From NCBI GenBank assembly GCA_000934665.2, contig JYFJ02000290.1, positions 124,001 to 151,303 on the forward strand: 27,303 nucleotides of DNA, given 5' to 3'. Position numbers and translations under genes: made by a program. The DNA comes from Catajapyx aquilonaris (lineage: Eukaryota). The notes beneath the pieces are model-generated. The model was not told the DNA's origin. It saw only the letters and a program-made list of their open reading frames with translations, and searched no databases. Positions 1 through 11,683 of this stretch are shown here, one piece after another (position 1 is the stretch's first letter; the number at the start of each line of letters is the position of its first letter).

Positions 1-6
1 GTAATT

Positions 7-3000
7 TCAATCAGTGTAATCCATTGTCTTGATGAACTCAACGGCTGAGCAGAATTGAGTCCACCAGTACTGCTCCTCTCCGGTCATGCGCGATCCGTAG
101 AAGTTGTTCACGTACTGAACCGTCGAGAGCAGCGACGGTGGATTCGCCTGGAAATAACCGGAATCAGTACGAGCGACCAGAATCGTTAGGAATCTTACTT
201 TGATTAGGACGAAGACGAGAACAGGTATGATGTCGTCTGCGGCTGCGGAGGATCCCGATTTGTCGAACGCCAACGAGAGAAGGTTGACGATTGTGGCCGA
301 GCATCTCAGGACGCAGCGGACTTTGTCTCGTGGCATCTTGTAGGCGCTGATGGCCGCGATTTCCGCTTGAGCCGACGGCCAGGGACACTCGTAGTGGTAA
401 ACCTTTGGGATCCGCAAGTCCTTGTGGTTCACGCTGATCACTGTGGACAGCTTCTTCACATGCTCGTGCAGCACCCTGCGGCACAAGTAAATTAGGATAA
501 CGTTGTGGCGCATTTGCAGCGGAACTTACTGGTCTCGGGAGATGTCCCCGTCTCCGTTTGGATACAGAGCGTGCAGGTACACCTGGCTCATCACGGCTTG
601 TTCCACGGCCAGTTGGGCCATCTGCTGCTGCCCGGGACATCCCTGCCATATGGGATCGCGGGACAGCTGCTCCCCCATGGCCTGCAGGAACCTTTCGACC
701 AAATCGGTCTTCTCGTCAGAAGCCGTCAGCCGCTGAAACTCCTGTCCCAACGCTTGAAGCTGGCCTTCCCTGCCCTCCAGGAAGATCCGGACGCAGACGG
801 ACACCAGGAATCGCCCGCACATGGAACGATCCTGCTCGAGCCGCTCGGTCAGCCGCTCCAGGTGATGTAACGTGGACAGCAGGCCCTGGCGGGATCGGAC
901 CAAGTACGCGACGTACGGAGTGCGCCGGCGGTACTCCTCCCGCATTGAGCGGAACAACCGGCAGCATCCTTCGTCGTCGAACAGCATGACGCATCGTAGT
1001 GTCTCGTGCAATTGGGACGTCAGATGCCGATCCTGCAGGTTGATAGCTTCAGCTAGTTGCAGGCGGAGTAGGCGCAACAGCGGATTGTCGCCTCCTTGTA
1101 ACGCCAAGCTTCCAAGTCCGGTCAGATTATGCAGGTCCGTCCCGCTCAGTACGAGCCGCAGCTTGCGCTTTGCATCCGAGAAAGCGTAGGAAGTGTCGCT
1201 CAGCATGTCTGCGTTCAACATCGCAGCGTCTTCCTCCGCCTTGACTGTTGCGTCCGACTCGACTGCTGACTCGGGCGCCGTCGTTACGTCCTCGGCAGCA
1301 CTTACTTTGCACCTGTGATAAACATTCGTTATTCGTGCACCATCAGTAAACACAGTGATACGCACCTATATTTTGCAAGGATGTCGTCGGAACTTTCAAC
1401 CGGGTGCGCATCCTCCGAGAGTGACTTTCGGAGCCTCGGGTGCTCCTCGGGTCGTAAAAGGTCGCTCCCTCCGCCCCACCCGACGTAGCTCTTCACGCGT
1501 TCCTCCTGCTGTTGGCCCCGCAGCATCTTACGTCGCCCTTTGAAAGGTAGCTTGAAGCTTCGGAGGAATCCGCGGCGGTGCTTCCCGCCCTCCTCCTCCA
1601 CGCTGTCCCAGTCGCCACGTTCGGCCGTCTTGTCGAAACTGATGCTCTTTGGGATTGCGCCGCTCGATGCGGACGGTACATCGTCTGCGTTAGTCTGGAC
1701 CTTGACAGGCCCGTTTTGCAGTCCGTCCCCGTCACCCTCGTGCTTCGACCTCCGTCCGTACGACACTGTCGTTGGGCTGGCTGGAACTGGTCCGTCCTCT
1801 TCTGAGCTGGTGCGTCCCGGCTGATGGTGGTGGTGGTGGTGCCTGTGCCGGTGGTGGTGATGCGGTTGAGGATGAAGCTGCCCCGGTATCGTATCCAAAG
1901 TCGGGAGTGAACCAGTCGCAACCACAGGAACAGGCTTTAGGGTCTGGGCTTTCGGGTAACTCTCGATGCTGCGTGGGCTGTCCGGCGGCAGTGAATCCAT
2001 TGCGACTGTAAACAAACTCGTAAGTGCTCACTCGCTGAGGGTAAAAGCCAGCGATTTACCTAGCCGTTGAAGGCTGGCGGAACTGTCCCGTCTGCTGCTA
2101 GTCCCACTGAGGCAGCTATCAACCTCGTCTAGCGATGTCCGCTCGTCCAGCCGCCGTTCGGGGCTACGTGGCAGGAGCGCGCCTCCGTCAATTCGCAAGG
2201 GAGGCGGCGGGAGGCCACGTGCGCCCGGATTCTCCTCCCGAATTGGGCGGAACAAGCTTCCAGACACTGCAACGAATGTGTTAAAACAAGTGCGAGTCAC
2301 ACAGAGATGAAACGTACCATTGGGCCTGAGGGTTCCGTCGTCGCTTCCGTCAACAGCGACGTCCGATCTGAGTGAATACTCAACGGATGGAACTTCGACT
2401 TCAACTTCGGACCTGGCCGTGTCGTCCGACCTTGCGACGCTGCTTGTGTCGTCCGTGTCCACTTCGCCCAACCTGTCCGAGTCCGATGCTACGACGTCCA
2501 TGCTCCAAGCTTCCGAAGCCGTTTCCGATATGTCCAGCAAGTTCCCAGAGGCGCCGGTCCCAGTTCCGCCGTCAGACAGCTGCCGTCCGGTCGTCAGTAT
2601 GTCAGCTCCTGGCGGATGTTCCGCTCTGTCCTGCTGCTCCAGGGTCTCGCTGTCACTCGCAAGAACGTCGGTGGACCAAGTGTCGCTCACCATGGACACC
2701 GTCTCGTCCCCTTCAATCAGCGGCTTGATCTCAAAGCGGCCAAACTTGTCCTCGATGTCGGATCGCGACTGCTGCTTGTGGCGGTCACGTGAGACTGGAA
2801 GGTCTTCTAGGGAAGCCGCACGTGGACTAGGGGCCGTCCTGAGGGGAGCCCTGGGGTCGTCCTGCCCTTTGTCAGCCGCTGCTCCTTGTTCGCCCTCGCC
2901 TTCAGTCACCTACAGCCAGATGAATTATTATAATATGTAATTTACAAGCATGTAACGAGTAACCATACCTGCGACGATGGCGTGTCTCGACCGGACACGT

Positions 3001-5184
3001 TGGGCGAACCGCGTCCGGACACGTTTGCTGAGACCATATCGGACAGATTGTCCACCTGATCCTCATTCTCAAGCTCCAACGACGACGCGACGCTGTGATT
3101 AGACGCAGCTTCCGACACGGCCTCCAGATTATCCGACGTGTTTCCGATCGAGCCTTCGTCGTGTGAAAGCGAGAACCGTGTCCGCTTCTCCGTCGTTTCT
3201 CCGACGACTCCGCCACCACCGGCTGACGATGTGACGACACTTGCGACGCTCGCTTCCCCTTCTTCAAGAGGCTGCGAGGACGTCGCGGAATGGGACTGGT
3301 GGTGATGGTTGCTCAGATTCATCCGAACCCGGTTCTTCCCCTGCGCTTGAACCAGCGACAGAACCTTTTGCTCCGACATCATCCCGACGCATTCGGCTCT
3401 GGCGTTTGGAAAGGAGATGACCAACACCGGCTCCATTCTGCCGGAAGCGTCGTCCTGTCGTCTCGTATCGGCCACATCCTCGGATGAGTCGTGAGGTGGA
3501 CGATTGCGACTCCGGCTCACTGTAAAGTGCGATAAGTAAGTTCATTGCTGCGTTACAGTGCGGACGACTGACCTTTGCTTAGGAGGCTCCGTTTCGGCGT
3601 GTCCGGAATCTCATCGCCGCCGTTGAGCAATTGCGGGGACGCATTTGGCGGAGTACTGTTGTGATTCTGAGCAGGTGGAGTAAACGTGGGCGAGAAGAGC
3701 GCAGGCGGAGTCGCAGGAAGCGGCGCCAGTATAGCCATCAGTGCCTTTGCCACCTCGTGCAACGGTGGACAGGAGCTGTCCTTGTTGTTGTTGTCCGTCG
3801 CCTCAGTTGAATCCAGATGCTGCGAGACGGACCGCAGATAGCAGATCAACTGTTGAAGATCAGTCTCCGTAGCAAGTGCGGCTGAACGGGTCAATCGAGC
3901 GGCGGACGATGCGGATGATTCGCACAGTGGCGGATCCTCCTCCAGGTGGCCGTCCAGCATCGAGTCCACAAACGACGTGAGGCATTCCTGCAATTGCTGT
4001 AATTAGTAAAAGTGTAACATTGCTAAACGAGACATACCTTGTCGAAGTTCCCATACAGGTCGTCCTTCAAGTCAAAGTCGCCCATCGCAAGAACCTGCAA
4101 GATCTGCGCCACTTGCATTAGGTTGAAGCGTGCGACCGGCCCAATCGGGACGTCCACAATTCCATGCGGCTCAGGGTTGACCACAGCCGGACACACGAAT
4201 AGCGAGAAGACCAAGTCGCTAGCGACCGCCCTGACCTCCTGGTCGCCACCGCCGGTCGCTAGTGCAACCTGCTGAACCAGCCACGCCAGATGGGCCGGAA
4301 AACAGTGCGTGTACGACCGTAAGCTGTCGACAAACCGGCGGGTTAGGCCAACGAGCCTATTGACAGTCAGGTCACGGTATGCCCTAAGCCGCTCGGGATA
4401 CTCCGGCGAATCCTCCGACCCGATATGCCTAGCCCGTTCGTCCGCAGTAAGCCGGAACGCACCGCGGTTCACGTCCGGATCCAAGAACGTCTGGTCCTCC
4501 TGCAGCAAGTGCATTATGGGCTCGTGTAACGCGGCGGTTAGGAACAAACGTGCGGCGAAGGATCCTTCGCTGAACGCACGGTACAGGCGGCTAAAAGCGC
4601 AGTTGCCCCGCTTTAGGATTAAGCGAGGTCGATCTGCTGTACGTAGCTGCGATTCGACTAGGAAGCGGAGTAATCGCAGCGCCAGTACTTCGTCTTCTGG
4701 TAGTACGCAGTAGCCGTACAGCGTACCGAGCACGGTGTTGATTACAGACTGGCTGCTTTCCAGTGTCAGCTTGTCGCCCAGGGTCAGACATGACGCCAGC
4801 AGCTTCGGGTTGTCTCGTAGCGACTGAAGGAACTCGCCGTATATCGACTCCTGAAAGTACGGCCGGTTACGACATGTATCGCAAGTACGAGCGGGTACGT
4901 ACCTGTATGCCCAATTGCTTGTAGCCGTCGACGAACGTGGCTTGATCTAATGCGGCGGCTCGTTGGCAGCACGACTGCGGGCTGCAGTCGGGTCGGGCCA
5001 CCACCAGCGAGTCCAGGTTCGCCCTCTGCTGACCCGTGACCCAAGCCAAATGGAAGAGCCTCTCTGCACCTTTCATCACTCGCTCGTTAAGCGACTGGAG
5101 CTGCTCCCTCTCCGCGCTAACGAAGAACTTCTCCTGCCGAAGCTGCTGGGCCAGCTCCGTCACCTCACGCTGAAGCCCGTCCAT
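7..5184 (-). CDS. GAPVD1: GTPase-activating protein and VPS9 domain-containing protein 1 (GAPex-5/RME-6), RasGAP-like plus VPS9 domains, 10 coding exons, ~1566 aa
   Basis: Exons (minus): 5184-4903, 4850-4038, 3987-3573, 3519-2969, 2909-2318, 2266-2060, 2005-1366, 1312-530, 475-199, 147-7. All introns are GT-AG (50-59 nt) with consistent phases; total 4701 nt. Motifs match GAPVD1 as recalled: [42 protein letters not shown] (RasGAP-like), [38 protein letters not shown], and VPS9 [45 protein letters not shown]. Confidence 0.96.
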
Positions 5185-5306
5185 CGCAGGTCAAAGGTCA
5201 CACTACAAATCAGGCAAACGTCCAGCGCTGTACGCACATCTGTAATGGACATGATTAAGCAATGGTGTAGGTAGACCCAACAATAATGACTGGTGTCATT
5301 AATGCA

Positions 5307-5620
5307 ATTATTTCAAGGGTCATACTGTGTGTGACTTGTCGTACGTAGTGTACTTAGTGTTGACATACATCCGAATTGTCCGATACGCACTGATGGTCTT
5401 ATTTGTCAAGTACCACGTCACTTATTATTTATTATTAGGGTGCAGTATGACCCTCACACTAATTACAAGGGTCATACTGCAAGTTGATGTATAATAAATC
5501 ATAAGTGTCGGTGAGTCGTACTTAACGAATAAGATGATCAGTACGTACATGTGTAGCGGACGAGTACGATGTATGTCGACACTAAGTACGCTACACGCAC
5601 AGTATGACTCCTTGAACTAA
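5307..5620. mobile_element. Foldback/MITE-like element with ~55-65-bp imperfect inverted ends, just upstream of GAPVD1
   Basis: 5307-5372 (ttcaagggtcatactgtg..gtacttagtgttgacatacatc) is an imperfect reverse complement of ~5568-5620 (gatgtatgtcgacactaagtacg..cacagtatgactccttgaa). An internal hairpin cagtatgaccct..agggtcatactg lies at 5443-5479. No clear TSD seen. Confidence 0.6.
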
Positions 5621-6788
5621 CCCGCGTTAATTACACTAATTGCGGTACTTACAAAGGGAAGGTCATGCTGCCAAGTGTATGACCAACCTTTTTTTTTTAC
5701 ATCAGCATAGAACGCAGCCTGACCTTTTCTCGACCCCCTCCGATTCTACGACCACATCTTCTTGGGGGGGGGCAGAAAAGACTTTGACCTCGCTGACCCC
5801 TGCAGAACGGCTCAAGTTCCAAAATTAAAAATTAGGGGGAAGGAAAAATAATAATAATTAAAGAACAACACAAAAAATAATATACGCAGAGAAGTCTGGA
5901 GATTCGAACGGGGACTACTCCCTGTGCTGCCGCCCACCCGAGCTTGGACACCCACTTCCCCCAGTTCTGATATCGAAATAATTAGTGTAGCATCTATATT
6001 TAGACATTTTAATTTTAAAGAAATATCGGAGCATGACTTTAATAGGCGATAACTTGCATTTTTTCTGCTCCCAGTTAATGTGCACAGGTATGGGGCTGGC
6101 GAGAGACGGGCAGCGCCACAGGGGAATGAGCGGCATGCCCTTGTACTACCTTTTCTTTTGGATACAGTACCTTGAGAATACGGTGCTTCCCAAATCTTTT
6201 ACAGTTGGCGACAGACACCCCACTTCAAATACAATCCCTTCGCAAAAAATCTCTAAAGGAAAATCTAAAGGTGCGCTAGCGAGGTATGGTTGCCAACCTG
6301 TGCGGTAATAGTGGGGGGGCATACGGTTTTTTTTACACCTTTGTACACAGTAGTGTATGGTAATGACATGTACAGTACTCTGTAAAATCGCTTTCATGTA
6401 CTGAAAATAAGATGAAACAAAAAAAATAAAAATAAATTGGATATAAAAAATTATTTCCGACGTGTGTATATAGGAGGAGCCCATATTTTCTTTCAATTTA
6501 AAATATACACCCAACTTATAGAAAACACAATATCATAGAAATTATTTATTTTAAACAGCTTTTTACAGTATTTTACAACGACGATTTTTCAATGCAATCC
6601 ACATTTTACATATTTTACAAAGAGTTATGGCCACTGACTTATTATGCAGCAAATCAAATGGCTCATGGGAATAATGGGTGGGTCATGGTCAGCCTGAAAG
6701 GAGATGATAACACACATATTAGACGTGATGGCCCATGCTTGAATGTATTATTTATGTGTGGCACACTATTCAAAGCTTCATTTTACCG

Positions 6789-9442
6789 TCAGTATTGAGG
6801 TGCCGCAAATTTGAGGAGAGTTGCTCCAGTTTCTCCACATAGGCGCCTCATGATATCCAGTTGTGCCTGAGTGAGAGGCAGGAAAGTATGTCAAAATTAA
6901 CAGGGATTATGTGATTCCATCATTTCTTAACAAGATCCCAATGCATGCCAAGTACTATAATATGAAATTGACACAATGGGGCCTTCCAGACGGGCCGACC
7001 TTAGCCGCGGCTGGTCGAGGCCGCGACGGTTCACACGGCAACGGCCACGGCTCAGAAGTCGGCCAAGTTGGCCGACTTCCTGGAAGTTGGCTCGCTGCTT
7101 GGCCACGGCTTGGCCTTGGCGACGGATACTGCGCGTCACTTGTTTTTCGTCGCTGCCATGACTACCGGCCACTATTACTAATAAATTAAATATGTGCCCG
7201 TCTGAACGGGTACCGTGGCCAGCCGTGGCTCCGCAAGCCGGTGCCGGGGCCGGTGCCGGTGCCTGCCGCGGCTAAGGTCGGCCCGTCTGGAAGGCCCCAT
7301 TGACAAACATACCTTCAGTGCCTTGTTTTCTGATAGAAGAGTGACGCAATCATTGCTCTCTTTGGCTAACTCCTCATTCTTTTTGCTGCAAGAGATTGAT
7401 TTAAAACCAGCTCCTGCTGTAAGAGTGGAACCGTTACGAACCTCAACTGCTCCATGAGGCTATCCATGGTTGGTTCCACAGTGTAAGTTCTCCTGCATTC
7501 CTGCAGCGACTGATGCTCTGAAGAGGAGTTGATCATAAGCATGTTTTTACAAATTTATCTCTTACCATCTGATACCTTTAGGCACTTGAATGAATTTAAT
7601 ATACCTAACATTATTGGGAAAACAGCAAGATATTGTGCATTCCTGCTGAATTTTACACTACAGTCAGATGTACAGGGTGTTCCAGATTCGTGGGTCACTT
7701 TTTGATAACTGATGTAGCGCAATGGCAGTTGTTGTTTTTTTTTTGCAGCTTGTTGTGCATCTAACTGTGTGCTCCATTCTATAGCACCTGCTATATTCGA
7801 CCCCCAGTGGGATATCAGTTCATCAAACAGTGACCCACGAATCTGGAACACCCAGTATTTGCCATTAAGCCGTTTATTACTAAGTTACGTTAAGGTGCAT
7901 TTACATGTCAGCGATTTGACGAGCGAAGTCATCACAGAGGCTGAAATTGACAATCGATTTTCGCCTCGAACAATATTGGTTACTTGGGTCACATAGCCTA
8001 GCCGAAGATTTCGCTCCCTCATCAAATCGCTCACATGTAAACATGCCACGCTAACTTACAGGTAGATGATAATTATCAAAGGCATTTGTTGTAGGTCTCT
8101 GGCTGAAAGGAAGCATCCCTTTACTGATTAAATTCCATTATCAAGATTTTGCCACTGCAAATGACCCACGTAGAACATCTGCTGTGTGGCAATCACACGC
8201 TGTATATCCCAATTGTATGGCAGCAAGGTATGAGTGTGAATGAGCACACCCAAGGTCACAGTGACGTATCTGCCTCCTAAGTATATTCATTGTATATCAT
8301 TGTGACTCCTTTGCTCTAATTACACATGTAGCTCCTGCATTACACCTTCTAAAATTGCACCTCATGTACTTAACATACCAGGTGGCTTTTCTTCATTAGG
8401 TGATGGAGCTAGAGCAACCCTGATGGTGGCTGGGCCCACCTTCGCCTTTTTGGTGGTTGGCTGCAAAACATAGCGTGAAGTTGCTTTGGATGCAGCAGGT
8501 CGGGTCCGGTTATCCAATCCCAATGGCGACACATAGTTCTTGTTGCCACTTTTGGAGACCGTTGCGCCAACCTTAGTAGGCCCAGAAGGCACTGCCAAGG
8601 AAAAACATGTAATCAAATTGTTCTCGCATTACACAACATTGCATGTTTCAAGACATGCTGGTATTTCACTCATGATAATTATGCAAAGGGGAAAAATTCC
8701 TCGTTGATTTTTTATTTATTTATTTATTATACTGCAGGTTCCACTACTAGCCTTCTCTCTCATTTTGAGGTTGGGTCAGCAAAAAGTCACATTATGGAAG
8801 CAGACAGGATGAAAGTGTTTTCAACATCCAGCATTGACTTTTGGAAGAGGAAGGTCAGAAAGCCTTGTCCTCTGTCCAATTAATGGATGGATTAGCCCTT
8901 ATTGCTGAATGGTGGATCCTAAGACTACAGCAGTGTTTACATGTGAGCAATTTGGAGAGCGAAGTGTTCGCCGAACGATAACATCGCTGAGTAACCGATA
9001 TTGTTCGAGGTGAAAGTAACATTTTGGCATCAAATACTGGTTACTTGGGTTATCCAGCGATATTATCGCTCCGCGAAGAGTTTGCTCGTCAAATCACTCA
9101 CATGTAAAGGCGGCTTAAATCAAGTGCCAATACCCCCCCATGTGAGTGGGTGGCATTATGGAGCCCCTCGAACCCAAAAATGTAAAAATCAATTCACCCA
9201 ACTACCGCATCTCCCTCACCAGCATATGGTCTGCCTCTCTGCAGATTCCGCCCACTCAGCAAGTCATTGACGCTCATGGAGCGCTTCCTCAGCCCCCTTA
9301 TGTGAGGCACAGCCGATGTTGCTGCTGGGTTCCTGGTCAGCTTTATACTATACTTTCCAGTTAAGGGCATGCGATGACTCTTCATCCCGGATGCTGCTGT
9401 TGGCGTGACCGACACCTTGGGCTCCTCCTCGTCATCTGCCAT
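6789..9442 (-). CDS. Uncharacterised 233-aa protein: basic, low-complexity N-terminal region plus C-terminal coiled coil; candidate cell-cycle protein
   Basis: Exons (minus): 9442-9220, 8591-8379, 7604-7566, 7517-7442, 7385-7313, 6866-6789. All six join through GT-AG sites in consistent phase (702 nt, ATG to TGA). Two introns are 48 and 56 nt, like those of neighbouring genes, and the three long introns each contain MITEs. AATAAA on minus near 6546-6551. Translation: MADDEEEPK..RKRSMSVNDLL..KKAKV..MEQLSKKNEELAKESNDCVTLLSENKALKAQLDIMRRL..PQY*. Confidence 0.75.
6978..7298. mobile_element. MITE with perfect 34-bp TIRs and AT target-site duplication (ISL2EU/PHIS-like non-autonomous element)
   Basis: ggggccttccagacgggccgaccttagccgcggc at 6978-7011 and its exact reverse complement ending at 7298. 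Flanked by AT on both sides (6976-6977, 7299-7300); the empty site would read caattg. Superfamily inferred only from the AT TSD and GG termini. Confidence 0.88.
7673..7855. mobile_element. Tc1/mariner-type MITE (183 bp, TA TSD)
   Basis: ta|cagggtgttccagattcgtgggtcact ... agtgacccacgaatctggaacacccag|ta: 27-bp TIR with one mismatch and TA on both flanks. Confidence 0.88.
7894..8048. mobile_element. Short MITE (PIF/Harbinger-like), copy 1
   Basis: Inverted ends tttacatgtcagcgatttga / tcaaatcgctcacatgtaaa; shares ends and the internal tggttacttggg with the copy at 8929-9116. Confidence 0.7.
8929..9116. mobile_element. Short MITE (PIF/Harbinger-like), copy 2
   Basis: Inverted ends tttacatgtgagcaatttg / caaatcactcacatgtaaa, followed by taa; same family as 7894-8048. 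Confidence 0.7.
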
Positions 9443-9711
9443 CACCTGGTTAAAGGCACACGATGCATCAGCAACCCTGCATTTTTGATTAGCCTGTGCC
9501 TCAGCAATCACCTTACCGGCCAACTGTGGGGTATCTGATGTGGCAATAAGCCTAACGTCTGTCGCCTTGACCACCGACGGCGTGTGCAGCAGGCCTGCTT
9601 CGACACTGCCCCTGACTTCGACGACCGCAATGCACCAGGGTAGGCAGAAGAAGCACCAAAATGGACAGTCTCTTCCCTAGAGACTCTCCAACCAGACACC
9701 AACGGTCACTT

Positions 9712-9786
9712 TTCAAATCCACCGCTTTTTATAATGGAAAGGAGTATCGATATTTACACAAACATCGATAGTGAGAAGTATCGATG
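9712..9786 (-). promoter_or_regulatory. Promoter cluster: three DRE sites, TATA-like box and CDE-N4-CHR, between the divergent 233-aa gene and DNase II
   Basis: TATCGATA at 9745-9752, CATCGATA at 9763-9770, TATCGATG at 9779-9786. The minus strand reads TATAAAAAGCGG-TGGA-TTTGAA (9733 to 9712). Confidence 0.6.
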
Positions 9787-9804
9787 CGATATATTGCTTT
9801 ATTA

Positions 9805-9845
9805 TAAATTATTATTATTATTATTATTACTATAATTATATTATA
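9805..9845. repeat. Imperfect (ATT)n microsatellite
   Basis: attattattattattattac..attattat tract. Confidence 0.7.
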
Positions 9846-10094
9846 TAACTACTAGTAAAGCATGTCTTAATATTAAGTCATGTTTTTATTTTATTTTTTT
9901 AAAAACTATAGAGTGGACACAAGCGCCACTTGCGGCCAGTTTCAGCACCACTATTTAAAGTGTTCTAATGTTCTAAAAGGATTGCAAAAATTTGCGAATT
10001 AATTTGCAGATTTTTTGTGCCAATTTTTGTTATCTACGTGGTGTGGTCATACATGCTGCGGTTATGATTCATGAGCACTGCTCATGTGCTCAAT

Positions 10095-11347
10095 ATGAAG
10101 TGTACGCTGCTGGTACTTGCATTGTACTTGGCGTACGTAGCAAGTCTGAGCTGTAAGGACGAAGCAGGAAGCGACGTGGACTGGTTCGTTTATAATATTA
10201 CATGATTATACACGTAATAATACATGGTGTAATACAATGCAGGTTCGTCGTGTATAAAGCGCCTCGTGAACTCAACCCGTCAGGTACGGTGTACTACTTC
10301 ACGACATCCGCATCCGACACGTACAACCTGACCCTGTCGAAGTCCGCCATAACCGACTCGCACTCGATAGTCGGACGGACACTACAGCCGCTTTGGAGCA
10401 ATGAAACGGTATGTACACAGCTTCGTACATTGCTACGTACCGGTTCTCACATATTACTTGCAGCTGCTGTACTTGCTGTACAACGACCAGGCACCGGAAA
10501 GGAAAACGTCATTTGCGCATGGTCATGCGAAAGGCGTGGTACTCTTCGATTCCAAAGCTGGAGTTTGGCTCGTACATAGCGTACCGCACTTCTTGAACTT
10601 CACGCAGGATGGGTACCAGTATCCGCACTCGGGACGGATGAACGGGCAGGCTTTTCTGTGCGTTACATTCCCAGCAGATGCGGCTGACTTGATAGGTATG
10701 GTTTCCAGTTTGTGTGTGGTACACTCTGACTTGTCACGTAACTATTGCAGGTCGCCAGTTGCTGTACATCAACCCGTATGTGTACCAGTTCAACATCCCA
10801 CCGTCAGTGAAGGATAACGTGCCCAATCTGGTCGGGGTGGCTCACAACAAGACGGTGACCCAGTCGCCGTGGATTCTCCGGACTGAACTGCGGTCGTCCG
10901 GTGGCGTTACATTCGTATCGTATGCTAAGTACCACAAGTACGCGCACGACCTGTACTCAAGCTGGTTGGCACCATCGCTCAACACGAGCTTGTACGTCCA
11001 AAGTTGGCCGAATGGCGCGAATCCTCTCCCATCAGACTGTAACGAGCCGCAGTAAGTCGTACTGTTCGTTGAATGTATGTACATATTAATGTCCGTGAAC
11101 TTGCAGCGTGATGAACGTGGAGTACGTGCAGCTTCCATTTGCACAACCGTACTCCAGCCGTGTCGACCACTCCAAGTGGGCCGTTTCAGCTTCCAGTGCG
11201 TCTCCGTGGTTATGCGTGGGTGATCTGAACCGCATGAAGCCGCAGGAACGCAGAAGCGGCGGAACCGTCTGCATGCAACAAAAGTCACCCTGGGCCGCAT
11301 TTGCTTCCGTCGTAGCCATGTTGCAAGCATGTCCAGCGCACTTATAA
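10095..11347 (+). CDS. DNASE2: Deoxyribonuclease II family protein (DNase II/plancitoxin-like), signal peptide, 342 aa, 5 exons
   Basis: Exons 10095-10183, 10243-10408, 10464-10695, 10751-11051, 11107-11347 (1029 nt); GT-AG introns of 59, 55, 55 and 55 nt. Signal-like MKCTLLVLALYLAYVAS; LSCKDEAGSDVDWFVVYKAP; YNDQ; both PLD-type HxK motifs (GHAKG, DHSKW); WLVHSVP; CVGDLNRMKPQERRSGGTVC. AATAAA at 11510. Confidence 0.95.
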
Positions 11348-11683
11348 GCTACCGTTACCTGAAAAATGAAGTGCCCAAACAATACATCACGAGTAAGACC
11401 TCCGTGGCTGCATGAAAGTACTGACACAATGCAAGTACGACCTTCACCAATTATTTTCATTCCGCCACGGACCTATTTTTTTTATATTCAACATAATGTG
11501 TTCTTATGAAATAAATTTTTTGTACTCACCTTCAACCGTATCGTCTCACCAGTACTTGACCTGCAAGGAGTCATGCACATTTTGGTTGAAGCAAACGCGC
11601 TTTAATAACCTTCCAGTTGCTTTATTTGGGACGTATTGCGTTCAACCCTCTTCGATTTAAGGCTTCGCTTGCAATTTGCGAGG

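Noticed and set aside
503..5274. Numerous plus-strand and alternative-frame ORFs over GAPVD1
   Set aside because: Shadow ORFs of GC-rich coding exons with no independent motifs.
5898..5915. tRNA B-box-like GTTCGAATC on the minus strand (similar GGTTCGAGTCC at ~22012-22022)
   Set aside because: No cloverleaf or convincing A-box; at most SINE remnants.
6789..9442. Calling the unknown gene KIFC1/ncd or geminin
   Set aside because: No kinesin motor exons are visible before GAPVD1, and the geminin YW..AE.RR.AL signature is absent; only generic similarity remains.
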